Origin: Candidatus Krumholzibacteriia bacterium
GTDB lineage: Bacteria > Krumholzibacteriota > Krumholzibacteriia > Krumholzibacteriales > Krumholzibacteriaceae
NCBI GenBank assembly: GCA_963836185.1
Contig: CAWIIQ010000001.1
Coordinates: 2,176,001-2,240,000, forward strand
DNA length: 64,000 nucleotides
Direction: 5' to 3'
This document shows positions 38,868-48,683 of this stretch, piece by piece. Under the pieces are notes generated by a model. It searched no databases, was not told the origin of the DNA, and was given only the letters and a program-made list of their open reading frames with translations. A program made the position numbers and the translations under genes. Numbering within the stretch: position 1 is the stretch's first letter; each line of letters starts with the position of its first letter.

Positions 38868-40543
38868 TTTCCCTCCTCCCGTATCGATATGGCGTTGCGC
38901 GGGCACTCGAACGCGCAGACGAGACAGCCTTTGCAGTAATCGTAATCGAATTCATATTCGTCCTCGTGCCGCTTGATGGCGACGTCGGGACAGTATACCC
39001 AGCAGTTATCGCAATAATTGCACACACCGCACGAGAAGCACCGGTCCGCCTCAGCGGCGAGCAGCTCCGGTGTGAACCCCGTCTTTATCTCCGAGAATCC
39101 AGCCTTCGCTTCGGATGTCGAGATACCCGGAACGAGGTTCCTCTTCGAGTGGGTAAAATAATCCGTGTTCATATCCTCTATGCCGACAGTCTTCGGCTCC
39201 TCGATCTCCGGCTCTGCCTGACCGGCAAGCATTCGGCCGATCTTCCCGGCTGCCTTGCGTCCGGCTGCGATGGCTTCGACCACACTAGCCGCTCCGGTTA
39301 CTACATCGCCACCGGCGAAGATCTTCGGATTGGAAGTATCGCCTGTCTCGCCGCCTGTCTTTATAAGGTTCCATTCAGTCTCGACCGAAGATTCGATCCC
39401 TTCGAGATCGGCCTGTTCACCGATCGCGGTGAAGAGCCTGTCCACCTCGAGCTCTATCGTCTCGCCCTCGACCGGTACCGGCCTGCGCCTTCCCGAATCG
39501 TCGGGCTCGCCGAGCTCCATCTTCTGGAAGATACCCCGAACGAGCTTTCCGCTCTCGATAACGAGTTCCTTCGGAGCGGCGAGGAAATGGAACGCCACTC
39601 CCTCTTTCTCCGCTTCCTCTATCTCCTCGGCGATCGCCGGCATCTCGTTTCTAGTACGGCGGTATACGACCGTGACCTCACTGCCTGACCGGAGTGCGCA
39701 CCTGGCGACATCCATCGCGGTGTTCCCGCCTCCGACCACGACTACCTTCGCGCCCGGATCGACCTTCTCGCCGCTGTTGACCCTGCGGAGGAAATCGAGG
39801 CCGGGCTCGATCCCTTCCTTGTCCTCGCCATCCACTCCGAGGCCGCGGCTGCTCATCAGTCCCAGGCCTAGGAAAACGGCGTCGTAATCCTTCTCAAGCT
39901 GATCGAAAGTGATATCTGTCCCGACCTTGACACCGGCCTTGACCTCGATCGGCCCCGAGTCGAGGATCTGTGAGACGACCCTGTCGAGGAGTTCATTGGG
40001 GAGCCTGTACTCGGGTATTCCCCACCTGAGAACGCCGCCGAGAGCCTTGTCCCTCTCGAACAGAGTCACGGCGTATCCCTGCCTGGCGAGATAGAAGGCG
40101 CACGATAGCCCGGCGGGGCCGCTTCCTACGACTGCCACCTTTTCTTTCTTTCCCGCCTTCGTCTTTTCCATCCAGCTGCCGTTCTCGAGACCAAGGTCCC
40201 CGAGTGACCTCTCGATAGCGTTGATGTTTACTGCCTCATCGTAATCCTTCCGTGTGCACTTCGTCATACACGGATGAAAACAGACCCTGCCCGTCACCGC
40301 GGGCATCGGGTTGCTGTCGATGATCGTCTTCCATGCCTCCTCGTACTTTCCCAGCGTAACGAGATAGATGTACTGCTGTATATTCTCGTTAGTGGGACAT
40401 CCGAGGATGCACGGTGACGTCTTGAAATCGTAGAGAGGCCTTACGTTCCGCCACGATCCGGTGAGGTTCCACATCATGGAACCTGTCGTCATCGGACGGA
40501 TCGGCATCTCTTTGTAACTCTCGAATTCGATTTTCTTGACCAT
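38864..40543 (-). CDS. FAD/NAD(P)-dependent Fe-S oxidoreductase (GltD/NfnB-like) embedded in a PorD-like ferredoxin
   Basis: N-terminal TGSWRNVRP; PC..GCP, GRVC.HPC...C, VVGSGPAGL, VVGGGNTAMD, YRR; C-terminal CFSCGVCNYCDNCWVYCPD..DYDYCKGCLVCAFECP. Confidence 0.88.
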   Translation of the reverse strand: MVKKIEFESYKEMPIRPMTTGSMMWNLTGSWRNVRPLYDFKTSPCILGCPTNENIQQYIYLVTLGKYEEAWKTIIDSNPMPAVTGRVCFHPCMTKCTRKDYDEAVNINAIERSLGDLGLENGSWMEKTKAGKKEKVAVVGSGPAGLSCAFYLARQGYAVTLFERDKALGGVLRWGIPEYRLPNELLDRVVSQILDSGPIEVKAGVKVGTDITFDQLEKDYDAVFLGLGLMSSRGLGVDGEDKEGIEPGLDFLRRVNSGEKVDPGAKVVVVGGGNTAMDVARCALRSGSEVTVVYRRTRNEMPAIAEEIEEAEKEGVAFHFLAAPKELVIESGKLVRGIFQKMELGEPDDSGRRRPVPVEGETIELEVDRLFTAIGEQADLEGIESSVETEWNLIKTGGETGDTSNPKIFAGGDVVTGAASVVEAIAAGRKAAGKIGRMLAGQAEPEIEEPKTVGIEDMNTDYFTHSKRNLVPGISTSEAKAGFSEIKTGFTPELLAAEADRCFSCGVCNYCDNCWVYCPDVAIKRHEDEYEFDYDYCKGCLVCAFECPRNAISIREEGK

Positions 40544-40602
40544 TCAGCCTCCAGCCTTATCTGATCCCTCTTCGGGACCGGGCCTGTTGTACGGCCCCGG
40601 AT

Positions 40603-41163
40603 CTATTTTTTGGAGATGATCTTCACCCCGTTGAAGGCGTCCTCTGCCGCCTGCATATTCGCTTCCTTCTTGAACGGAACGAAGCCCTCGATCGCCTGTT
40701 TGACCGCGTCGAGTCCGACCAGGCCGGTCGCTCCGGCGAACGCGCCGATGATCGACGTGTTCACGATCGGAGCTGCGAGCGATCCGAGCTTGTGACTCAG
40801 CGCTATCTTAGCCGCGTCGACCGTCGCGATGCTGAACTTCTCGAGCAGTTCATCGTCATCGCACTCCATGTTCGTGTTAATCACGATCCAGCCGCCGTCC
40901 TTCAGCCCGTCTGTTATATTGACGGTCTTCAGAAGCACGCGGTCGAGGACAATGAGATGATCGGGCTCGTAGATCTGACACCTCTCGCGGATCTCACCCT
41001 CTGAGGCGCGGGTGAATGCCATCACGGGAGCGCCCCTGCGCTCGACACCGAAGGCCGGAAACGCCTGGACAAACTTCCCTTCGTGGAAGAAAGCATCTGC
41101 CAGGATCTCCGAAGCGATCACCGAGCCCTGGCCACCCCGGCCATGGGTCCTGATTTCCAGCAT
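40603..41163 (-). CDS. porC: 2-oxoacid:ferredoxin oxidoreductase gamma subunit
   Basis: EIRTHGRGGQG, FGVERRGAPV, PIVNT..GAF. Confidence 0.88.
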   Translation of the reverse strand: MLEIRTHGRGGQGSVIASEILADAFFHEGKFVQAFPAFGVERRGAPVMAFTRASEGEIRERCQIYEPDHLIVLDRVLLKTVNITDGLKDGGWIVINTNMECDDDELLEKFSIATVDAAKIALSHKLGSLAAPIVNTSIIGAFAGATGLVGLDAVKQAIEGFVPFKKEANMQAAEDAFNGVKIISKK

Positions 41164-41462
41164 ATCCTGTCCCTTTCCAGTGGGTTGACGGTTACCCGTT
41201 TCTTTGTGAATTTTTCTGATAATAACCGGGTTTCCCCGGACGGGAAAAACCCGAAAAAAGACTACAATGGCCCTATACCGCCCGTCAAGTGCTTTTTTGT
41301 TATCTCTTATAAATTAATGTTTATTTGTATCCGGCGCAAGATATTACCGCCATCTCCCGCAGGGAATCTCCCGAAGGGTTTCACGGTATCCACATGCACC
41401 ACGGCTCGGATACCACATGACCCTCCAAGCATATAATCTTCTAACAATAACATTCCAAACGA

Positions 41463-41490
41463 CATTCGGCGGCCCGAAGGCCGCCGAATG
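41463..41490 (-). terminator. Hairpin/terminator after the tRNA operon
   Basis: CATTCGGCGGCC-CGAA-GGCCGCCGAATG. Confidence 0.6.
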
Positions 41491-41497
41491 CGATTAA

Positions 41498-41571
41498 TAC
41501 GCCCAGGAGGATTCGAACCCCCAACCTCCTGGTCCGTAGCCAAGCGCTCTATCCAATTGAGCTATGGGCGC
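41498..41571 (-). tRNA. tRNA-Arg(ACG), CCA not encoded
   Basis: GCGCCCA acceptor, TTGG-CTACGGA-CCAG anticodon arm, GGTTCGAATCC. Confidence 0.93.
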
Positions 41572-41598
41572 ATATTCTGTCGAAACTATCTCAAATAG

Positions 41599-41690
<92 letters not shown>

Positions 41691-41709
41691 GCTTGACTTC
41701 ATCTTTTCA

Positions 41710-41796
41710 TGGCGGAGGGCGAGGGACTCGAACCCCCAAGGGCTTACGCCCGGCGGATTTCAAATCCGCTGCCTTACCAATTAGGACTAGCCCTCC
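41710..41796 (-). tRNA. tRNA-Ser(TGA)
   Basis: GCGGA-TTTGAAA-TCCGC anticodon arm, variable arm GGGC-GTAA-GCCC, GCCA end. Confidence 0.93.
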
Positions 41797-41836
41797 AAAA
41801 AAAACCGCTTCCGCAGACCCGCGGAAGGTACCGGTT

Positions 41837-41865
41837 AGTATAAGAAGTGCCCGTCAGGCTGTCAA
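41837..41865 (-). promoter_or_regulatory. Sigma70-type promoter for the Ser-Ser-Arg tRNA operon
   Basis: TTGACA-N17-TATACT. Confidence 0.7.
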
Positions 41866-41888
41866 GAGCAGACAGGCATCAGGCAGTT

Positions 41889-42890
41889 TCAATGCTCCGA
41901 CCGGGACGCAGGGTCCTCCATCTCCCACTCTTCGACCCTCTTTCTGCTTCTGTTTCTCTTGATCAGGTATGCAAGCATGAAAAGGAGCGATAGTGTAAGA
42001 CCATAAGGAGAGATATTGAGGAACAGCGCCGTCTTCCGATACCTGTTTCTCATGGCCGCTTCGAACCTGCCTGAAAACTCACTGGCCGTTTCCCCGAAAG
42101 TCAGCGTGAAAGCCTTCTCGAAATCTCCGCTGTCCCTGAGAAAAGCGGTAAACGTTACCAGGTCCCTCTCTTCTCCCCCGATCAGTTCGTCGACCGCGGC
42201 GTAGCTGATCCGGTAGGCCATGGCCGCCTTCCCCGCGTTCTTCGGGAACCTGCCCCTTATGTCCTCGAGGCGCGGCGCGTCATCCCTCGCCACGGACAGT
42301 GCGAGGCGCCACTGATCGCCCATAGTCCACTCCCTCGACTGCCGCATCGCTACCCCCTCGACAAACCAGGAGGGGCAGCGTGCTCCCGCCGTCCGCTGCG
42401 CCAGGAATACATGTGAAAGCTCATGCAGGATGACAGTCCTGACCGGCCGGTTCGACATCAGGATCCGGGAAGCGTCGATGCCGATGATCATTCTGCGCGA
42501 ATCCCCGAACGCCTCACCCCACTCCGGAAGGCGGCCGCCGTGCAGCAGCCTGAATGACGGTGTATCAGGAGCTATGATGAAGGCTATAGGGGCGACTTCC
42601 TCGAGCCCGATGCCGGCTGCTACATCGCCCGCCGACCTGCATACTATCTTCTCTATCTCGCCGGCAAGCTTCTCCCCACCGTCCGCGAAGCAGATGACAT
42701 ATGTTCCGCACGTTGCGGATCTCTCGTAATACCCTTCGAGACCGTCGACGAATCTTCTGTCGTACGCTTCGGCCGGTTGGGCCGGAAGAAGGATCGAAAG
42801 CAGAACGGAAAGGATCAGAAGCACTGCGCAGCCGCGGCTTGAATATTCACGGCCGAAGTATTCTGAAAGAGATCCAGTCGGATTGGTCAA
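41889..42890 (-). CDS. Peptidase MA-like zinc metallohydrolase with C-terminal membrane anchor
   Basis: HELSH (HExxH), PSWFVEGVA, signal peptide and C-terminal TM. Start uncertain. Confidence 0.75.
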   Translation of the reverse strand: MTNPTGSLSEYFGREYSSRGCAVLLILSVLLSILLPAQPAEAYDRRFVDGLEGYYERSATCGTYVICFADGGEKLAGEIEKIVCRSAGDVAAGIGLEEVAPIAFIIAPDTPSFRLLHGGRLPEWGEAFGDSRRMIIGIDASRILMSNRPVRTVILHELSHVFLAQRTAGARCPSWFVEGVAMRQSREWTMGDQWRLALSVARDDAPRLEDIRGRFPKNAGKAAMAYRISYAAVDELIGGEERDLVTFTAFLRDSGDFEKAFTLTFGETASEFSGRFEAAMRNRYRKTALFLNISPYGLTLSLLFMLAYLIKRNRSRKRVEEWEMEDPASRSEH

Positions 42891-42894
42891 GAGA

Positions 42895-44077
42895 TCAGCT
42901 CTCTCCCTTTATGGGGGACAGCTCGCGAAGCCTTTTGACTACTTCGGGGAAGGTATCCAGGAATGCGTCGACATCCTCGTCTGTATTGCAGATGCCAAGG
43001 CTGATCCTGAGCGCGCCCTGCGCCTCGACGGGATCAAGGCCCATCGCCTTGAGGACATGGCTCGGTTCGGGGTCCCCGGTCGCGCAGGCGCTGCCGCTCG
43101 AAAGGGCAAAGCCGAGCATGCTGAGATTGAGTGACATCGCCTCGCCTTCTATGCCTGGAACTGTGACGTTACATGTATTCGGAACCCGCGGAGCTCCATC
43201 GCCGTTTATATGCACATTGGGCACTTTCTCGAGTATTCCCTCCTGGAGCCTGTCGCGCAGGGCGCATAACCTCGCCATCTCCTCCTCGAGATTCTCCTCG
43301 GAGAGCCTGCACGCCTCGCCGAATCCTACGATTGCGGGGATATTCTCCGTGCCGGGCCTGAGGCCTTCTTCCTGGTGGCCGCCAGTGTATACCGGCTCCA
43401 GCGGCGTGCCGCGCCTGACGTACAGTGCCCCTACACCCTTCGGCCCATAGAACTTGTGGGCCGAAATCGAGAGCAGATCGACTATGGGATCGCCAACATC
43501 GACCGGTATCTTCCCCATGCCCTGGACGGCATCAACGTGAAGGATGATCCCACGTTCCTTTACGATCCTCGATATCTCCTGCAGCGGCTGGATGACGCCG
43601 GTCTCGTTATTCGATGACCATTATACTGGCCAGGATGGTGCGGTCGGTCACGGCCGCTTCGAGATCAGCGGCATCGACGGAACCGTCCCTCCTGCAAGGA
43701 AGGTAAGTGACGGTCACGCCTTCTTTTTCCAGAGCTTCACATGTCCTCAGGACCGCCGGGTGCTCTATCGCGGATGTGATGAGGTGCGGCTCGGGGACCT
43801 TTTCTCGAAGCGCCTTTACGACTCCCCTTATCGCCATGTTGTCCGACTCGGTACCGCCCGATGTAAATATGACCTCGGAAGGTTCAGCTCCTATGAAGGA
43901 GGCGACGTGACCACGGGCCTCATCGATGACGCCGCGGTTCTCCTGCCCGAAAAAATGCAGGCTGCTCGCATTGCCGAATCTCGTATGCAGGAAAGGAAGC
44001 ATCGCCTCGATTACTTCCTCCCGCATATAGGTGGTGGCGTTATGGTCGAAATAGACCCTGCGCTTCGAATCGTTCAT
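42895..44077 (-). CDS. iscS: Cysteine desulfurase (IscS/NifS type), frameshift near 43615
   Basis: YFDHNATT, FTSGGTESDN, SAHKFYGPKG, RPGTEN, SSGSAC. Confidence 0.9.
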
Positions 44078-44172
44078 ATCTTGATTATCCCTGGTGGCAA
44101 TGATAGTCCCCAACGCCGGTACTGGCACTGGCACTCTGCTGCAGATATCATCCTGTGGCCGGCGACGCAGTG

Positions 44173-44613
44173 TCAGTCGGCCTTTTCCATGTCGAACAGC
44201 CCTTGTATATCAGACAGGTTATACGACGAAAGGACGTTCGATATATCACCCTCGAGTTTCTTCAGCATCGGCACTACTGTGCAGTCTTCGAATTTATCAC
44301 AGGGATTCTCATTTTCTCCCTCGCAATCCCCGTTGAGACAACTCGCGACGTAGAATGGCCCTTCCAGAGCCTCTACGACATCGCCGATCTTGATCTCCTC
44401 GGGAGGCCTCTTCAGCCGGAATCCGCCTCCCGGCCCTCTCACCCCTACGATGATCTCATGTCTACGAAGGTGGGCGAGAAGCTGCTCGAGAAAGCTGGAA
44501 GAGATATCCTCCTTTTCCGATATCTCCTTCGCCGATACGGGCTGTCCTCCGTACCTCTCGGACATGACAGCCAGAGCCCTCAGACCATACCTGAACATAG
44601 CGGTAAATCGCAT
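44173..44613 (-). CDS. Rrf2-family transcriptional regulator (IscR-like, Cys-containing)
   Basis: YGLRAL, FLEQL, GVRGPGGGFRL, Cys cluster CLNGDC..C..C. Confidence 0.9.
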   Translation of the reverse strand: MRFTAMFRYGLRALAVMSERYGGQPVSAKEISEKEDISSSFLEQLLAHLRRHEIIVGVRGPGGGFRLKRPPEEIKIGDVVEALEGPFYVASCLNGDCEGENENPCDKFEDCTVVPMLKKLEGDISNVLSSYNLSDIQGLFDMEKAD

Positions 44614-44664
44614 TCTTCGTCCTTCATGTTACGGTCCAGTCATCGCTCGCAGCCATATATATAT

Positions 44665-44697
44665 ACCTGAAAGTGGGTTCTCAGGTCAAGTGCCTGA
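44665..44697. promoter_or_regulatory. Inverted-repeat operator overlapping the rrf2 promoter
   Basis: ACCTGA-N10-TCAGGT overlapping TCAGG-N7-CCTGA and the minus-strand TTGACC..TATATA promoter. Confidence 0.45.
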
Positions 44698-44765
44698 CCG
44701 CATCCGAAGGACAAAAATATTATATAGGTCAATACCCCTATCCATGCATGTCTGATCTTCATCAG

Positions 44766-45392
44766 CTATTCAACGAACTTTATCTCTTCTATCTTGGCTC
44801 CCTTCTCGACTTTCATCACTACATCCATCCCCTCGACCACGCACGCAAAGATCGTGTACTCGCCGTTGAGTGCATTCTTGCACTCCTTGAGGATGTAGAA
44901 CTGAGTGGATCCAGAGTCATAATCGTCAGGATAGCGGGCCATGCCTACCATCCCCTTGTCGTGTTTGAGGCTCTGGAAGAACATCTCGCCCTCGATCGGC
45001 TCGAGATCTGTATCCTTCTTGCCTGTCTGGATCAACCACGACTCCACCCTGTGGAACTTGAGCCCGTTGTAGAAGCCGTCATTCACCAGCAGGGTGAACC
45101 GCTCCACGGTAAGAGGCGCCTCCTTCGGCATGAGTTCAATCACGATCTCGCCCCCTTTGTCGAGGACGATCACGACCCTCTGACCCGCGGGCGCCTCCGG
45201 ACCCTCTTCTTCATCATTAGCGGCCGCTGGCGCGTCAGCCTGCGGCGCTTCCTGCTGCGGTGGAACTGATTCGGTAAGTACGGCATTGGTATCGGCGGCA
45301 GTAACGGGAACCGTAGCGGCAAACATCAGAACGATGAGCGCTGCCAACGGTACTCCCGGACGGCGCCTGCGCGTCTTCCCGGAAGAGACCAT
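44766..45392 (-). CDS. Cyclophilin-type peptidyl-prolyl isomerase (exported)
   Basis: APLTVERF..L...GFYNGLKFHRV, GMVGMAR, SGSTQFYI, YTIFA.V.EGMDVV. Confidence 0.88.
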   Translation of the reverse strand: MVSSGKTRRRRPGVPLAALIVLMFAATVPVTAADTNAVLTESVPPQQEAPQADAPAAANDEEEGPEAPAGQRVVIVLDKGGEIVIELMPKEAPLTVERFTLLVNDGFYNGLKFHRVESWLIQTGKKDTDLEPIEGEMFFQSLKHDKGMVGMARYPDDYDSGSTQFYILKECKNALNGEYTIFACVVEGMDVVMKVEKGAKIEEIKFVE

Positions 45393-45486
45393 CGATCTCA
45401 CCTCCGTCCAGTAAAAGACGGAGCCTCCCCACTCTTTGGGGAGGCTCCGGAAATGAGCACTGGTCATATAAGGATCAGGAATGGGT

Positions 45487-46657
45487 CTATTCGTACTGTT
45501 CCTGCTCCTTCTTGGCCTCCCGTATCTTGATCAGTTTCTGCTGACGGTCGACCTGCTTGGCCGCAGGGCCGGACCATAGAGGATCACCCATACCGGCGAC
45601 CTTTTCAAACTTGGCGATCGCGCCTTCATAATCGTTCATCTTGGAAAGCGCCTCGCCCCACTGATAGTTGAGGAAAGCGAGCTCACCGCCGTTGAGGGCG
45701 ACACCGGCCTTCGCCGCGTCAGCCGCCTTCTGGTACATCTTGTTCTCATTGTAGATCTTCGCAATGATCGCGTATGTAAAGGCGTCTCCGCCACTGAGCT
45801 CGATCGCTTTCTCCAGCTCGGCCGGCGCCTCGGCTTTCCTGTCGGTCTGCGAAAGCGCGAATCCAAGCCTCTGATGATAGTTGGCGTCATCGGGAAATTC
45901 CGTCACGAGCGACTCATAGAGAGGAATAGCATTCTCATAATCCTTCTCGTTGAAGTACGCCTTCGCCAGCTGCTTCTTGAACTGATGGTTCTCCGGCGCC
46001 GCCTCTATGGCCATGTGGAGATACTCGTATTTCTTTTCCTTGTTGCCGAGAGTTCCGTACAGGGAAGCGAGCGTACCCATCGTCGTCGCGTCCCCTGGAT
46101 TCGTCTTCAGCGCCCGCTCGTAGTAGGTGATCGCCCCGCGTGTATCGTCGCGCCTCTGCGCGATGAAGGCGAGGTTGACATTGCCGTTGTAGTTGAGCGT
46201 GTCTTCCTCGACAAGCATCAGGTAGTAGATCTCGGCGTTGTCGAAATCATCGAGGTTGAGATAGTTGTATCCTATCGAGGCGATCAGCGCCTCGTTGTCG
46301 GGAGACAGCTCGAGAGCTTTCTGGTAGGCGGCTATCCCTTTCTCGTAATCTTTCCTGTCGGTGTATGCCCTGCCCAGGTCGGACCACGCCGCGAGATATG
46401 TCGGCTTGATGGAGACCGCTTTTTCCAGGTTCGCGATCGCTTCGGTGTAGTTGCCGGCCGACATGAACTGTTTTGCCGACTGGTAGGCGATCTCCGCCGG
46501 GCCCGAGGTTTCGCTCGAATCCCTGTGAATCGGTCGAGGAGTCGCCCGTGTTCGCGGCAGGATCGGTCTCGACGGAGCTGTCCTCCGCTCGATCCCGCCG
46601 CACCCCGCGAACAAGGCGATCAGCCAGAAGGTCAGTACAGATCAAGGTTCTTATCAC
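45487..46657 (-). CDS. Multi-TPR lipoprotein, probable frameshift in the signal peptide
   Basis: LFAGC lipobox; repeated TPR helices (A...YQKALELSP, YYERALKTNP). Confidence 0.8.
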
Positions 46658-46768
46658 GATCCCATCCTTTCACACACATGGGTATTCATCTGGATTTCCA
46701 CTCATAATAACCCTTTACCCTGTTTAAATCTAGAAAAAGCTTCCTGAACTGTCAAGATGAAGATTGAA

Positions 46769-47480
46769 TCAATGTTCGGGGTGCCAGTCGCCGTCCGGAG
46801 AAGGAGATTCGAGCGCTTTCTGCAGCATTACTATGTTGTCCCGGGCCTTGGCGGCGAGAAAACCCTCCGGTTCGAGCTCCATGACCGTCTCCCATTCCCT
46901 CATGGCCTCCCTGAATATCCTCGCCTCCCAGAAGAATACCGCGAGATAGAAATGCGGCTGAGGATGGCCGGGATCGAGCTCGAAGGGCCGCGTCAAGGTG
47001 GTTCCATGCCTCCCTGTGATCCCCGTTCTGGTGGAGGAGAAAGGCGAGGTGAGAATGGGCGAGGACATCTTCCGGATTAAGAGTAGCCGCCATGGCGAAA
47101 CTCTGGATCGCACGGGCATAGTCGCCCTCATCATCGAAGATGACTCCCTTGTTCACATGAGATTTGAAATCATCGGGGGCTATCGCGATCGTCCTGTCAT
47201 AATAATACAGGGCTGAATCGGTCAGGCCGAGCTCGTGAAAGGCGACAGCGGTCTGGAACATCACATCGGCATCTACGCGCCCCTGTCGGGCCAGGTGACG
47301 CAGATAGGCAAGCCTCGGCTCGGGCCCCAGCCCTTCAAGCTGCTGGGAAAGCGGCATCTCGCCGGCCTCTCCGGAAGACTGACCCGCGGAGATACCCGGC
47401 GTCACACCGATCGCCGCTGACATGATCATGATCGTGAATACTGCCGATCTCATCTTGTCCCTGTCTGTCCTACGCATCAA
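46769..47480 (-). CDS. TPR protein, frameshift near 46985
   Basis: TPR motifs continue across two overlapping ORFs (..LDAAL / ELDPGHPQPHFYLA). Confidence 0.7.
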
Positions 47481-48683
47481 TGCCTCTCGTCTTGCGCTTT
47501 GACCAGGGCTCGGACAGGCTGAAACTCAGCCCGAACCGGAAGATGTTCTCCTCGACGAAGTTCTCCTCCTTCGATCCCGTCCGTCCGAACTCCAGGGTAA
47601 AGTCGATCGCTCCGTGCGAATCGCCCAGCGGTATTGCCGACCCCGCGGTCAGGAACATCGAGTTGACTTCCTGTCCCGCCGGGAACTGCAGATGCCAGGT
47701 GTCCGTATAGAATCCCAGCCTGATCGGAATCTGGTTGAGGACGTTCCCTTCCAGTGCCCGCTCTTCGCTCGATGCCGATCCCGATATGCGTCTCGTCCCC
47801 CACATTCCCCTCGAGCTGGGAATAACCGACCGGGGCCGCCGCCGACCTCGTCCAGTACGATGACGGAAAGCCACCACCGTCCGAAGGGTTGAAGCGAGAG
47901 CCCGACATCCCAGGCGAGGGGCAGCTTATAATCGTATGTAAGATTGGTGTCGCGCTCGGAAACAGTATTTTCGATCGACTCTTCCACCCGGTAGTCGACC
48001 GCTCCGTCGACATTGCCCCCCAGCCACAGGCGGGGGTGCGCCTCCCATAGCAGGGCGGCTCCCCATGACAGGCCGGTGTAGCTCCTCGTGCGTTTCGAAT
48101 CGACATTCTTGTAGTTCAGGTCGTCAAACCAGACATTGACCTTATCGATGATCGAACCGAGATTGAACTGCGCTTCGCCCGCGACGCGGAGGGAACTGAA
48201 AGGCTTCCAGGCTACGATCACGGGGATCATGTACATGTTGCTGTCGAGCTTGTAGTTCTGGTACCCGGTCGGCGCCCCTTCGATGTCGATCTGGTAGGCG
48301 AAATCCGCCCTCCCATAATATCTGGTCCTGTATCCCGAAGTAAGGACCAGCCCCTCTCTGAACGGGAATGAGGCGGTGAAAGTCGGAACCGTGTATCTCG
48401 TCTGTTTTGAGGTATATTCGAGATAGTAGACCCTGCTCGCGCTGAGTACCTGCTGTACGGTCAGGGTGACCATCCGCAGATCCGCGGTCGAGGCGGGATT
48501 GGCGGTCACCGAGTTGCTCGTATCCTGTACGGCGATCGCGGAGTAGCCGAGGGCCTCGTGCCTCGAGCTCCCTAGATGAACGGCTTCGCCGATATAGTTC
48601 ATGCCGTATATCGACTGCGCCCTCGCGCCGCATGGAAGAAGAAGGGTGAGAAGGGCGGCCGCGTATAATACGACTGTCCTCAT
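47470..48683 (-). CDS. Outer-membrane beta-barrel protein (FadL/OmpP1-like), split by frameshifts
   Basis: Signal peptide, ANPAS plug motif, alternating beta strands, C-terminal FRFGLSFSLSEPW. Confidence 0.65.

Noticed and set aside
41204-41222. Rex operator upstream of the POR operon
   Set aside because: Only the TTGTGAA half-site matches; the second half is poor.
41710-41796. tRNA-Sec
   Set aside because: The anticodon is TGA (Ser), not TCA, and the acceptor stem is a normal 7 bp.
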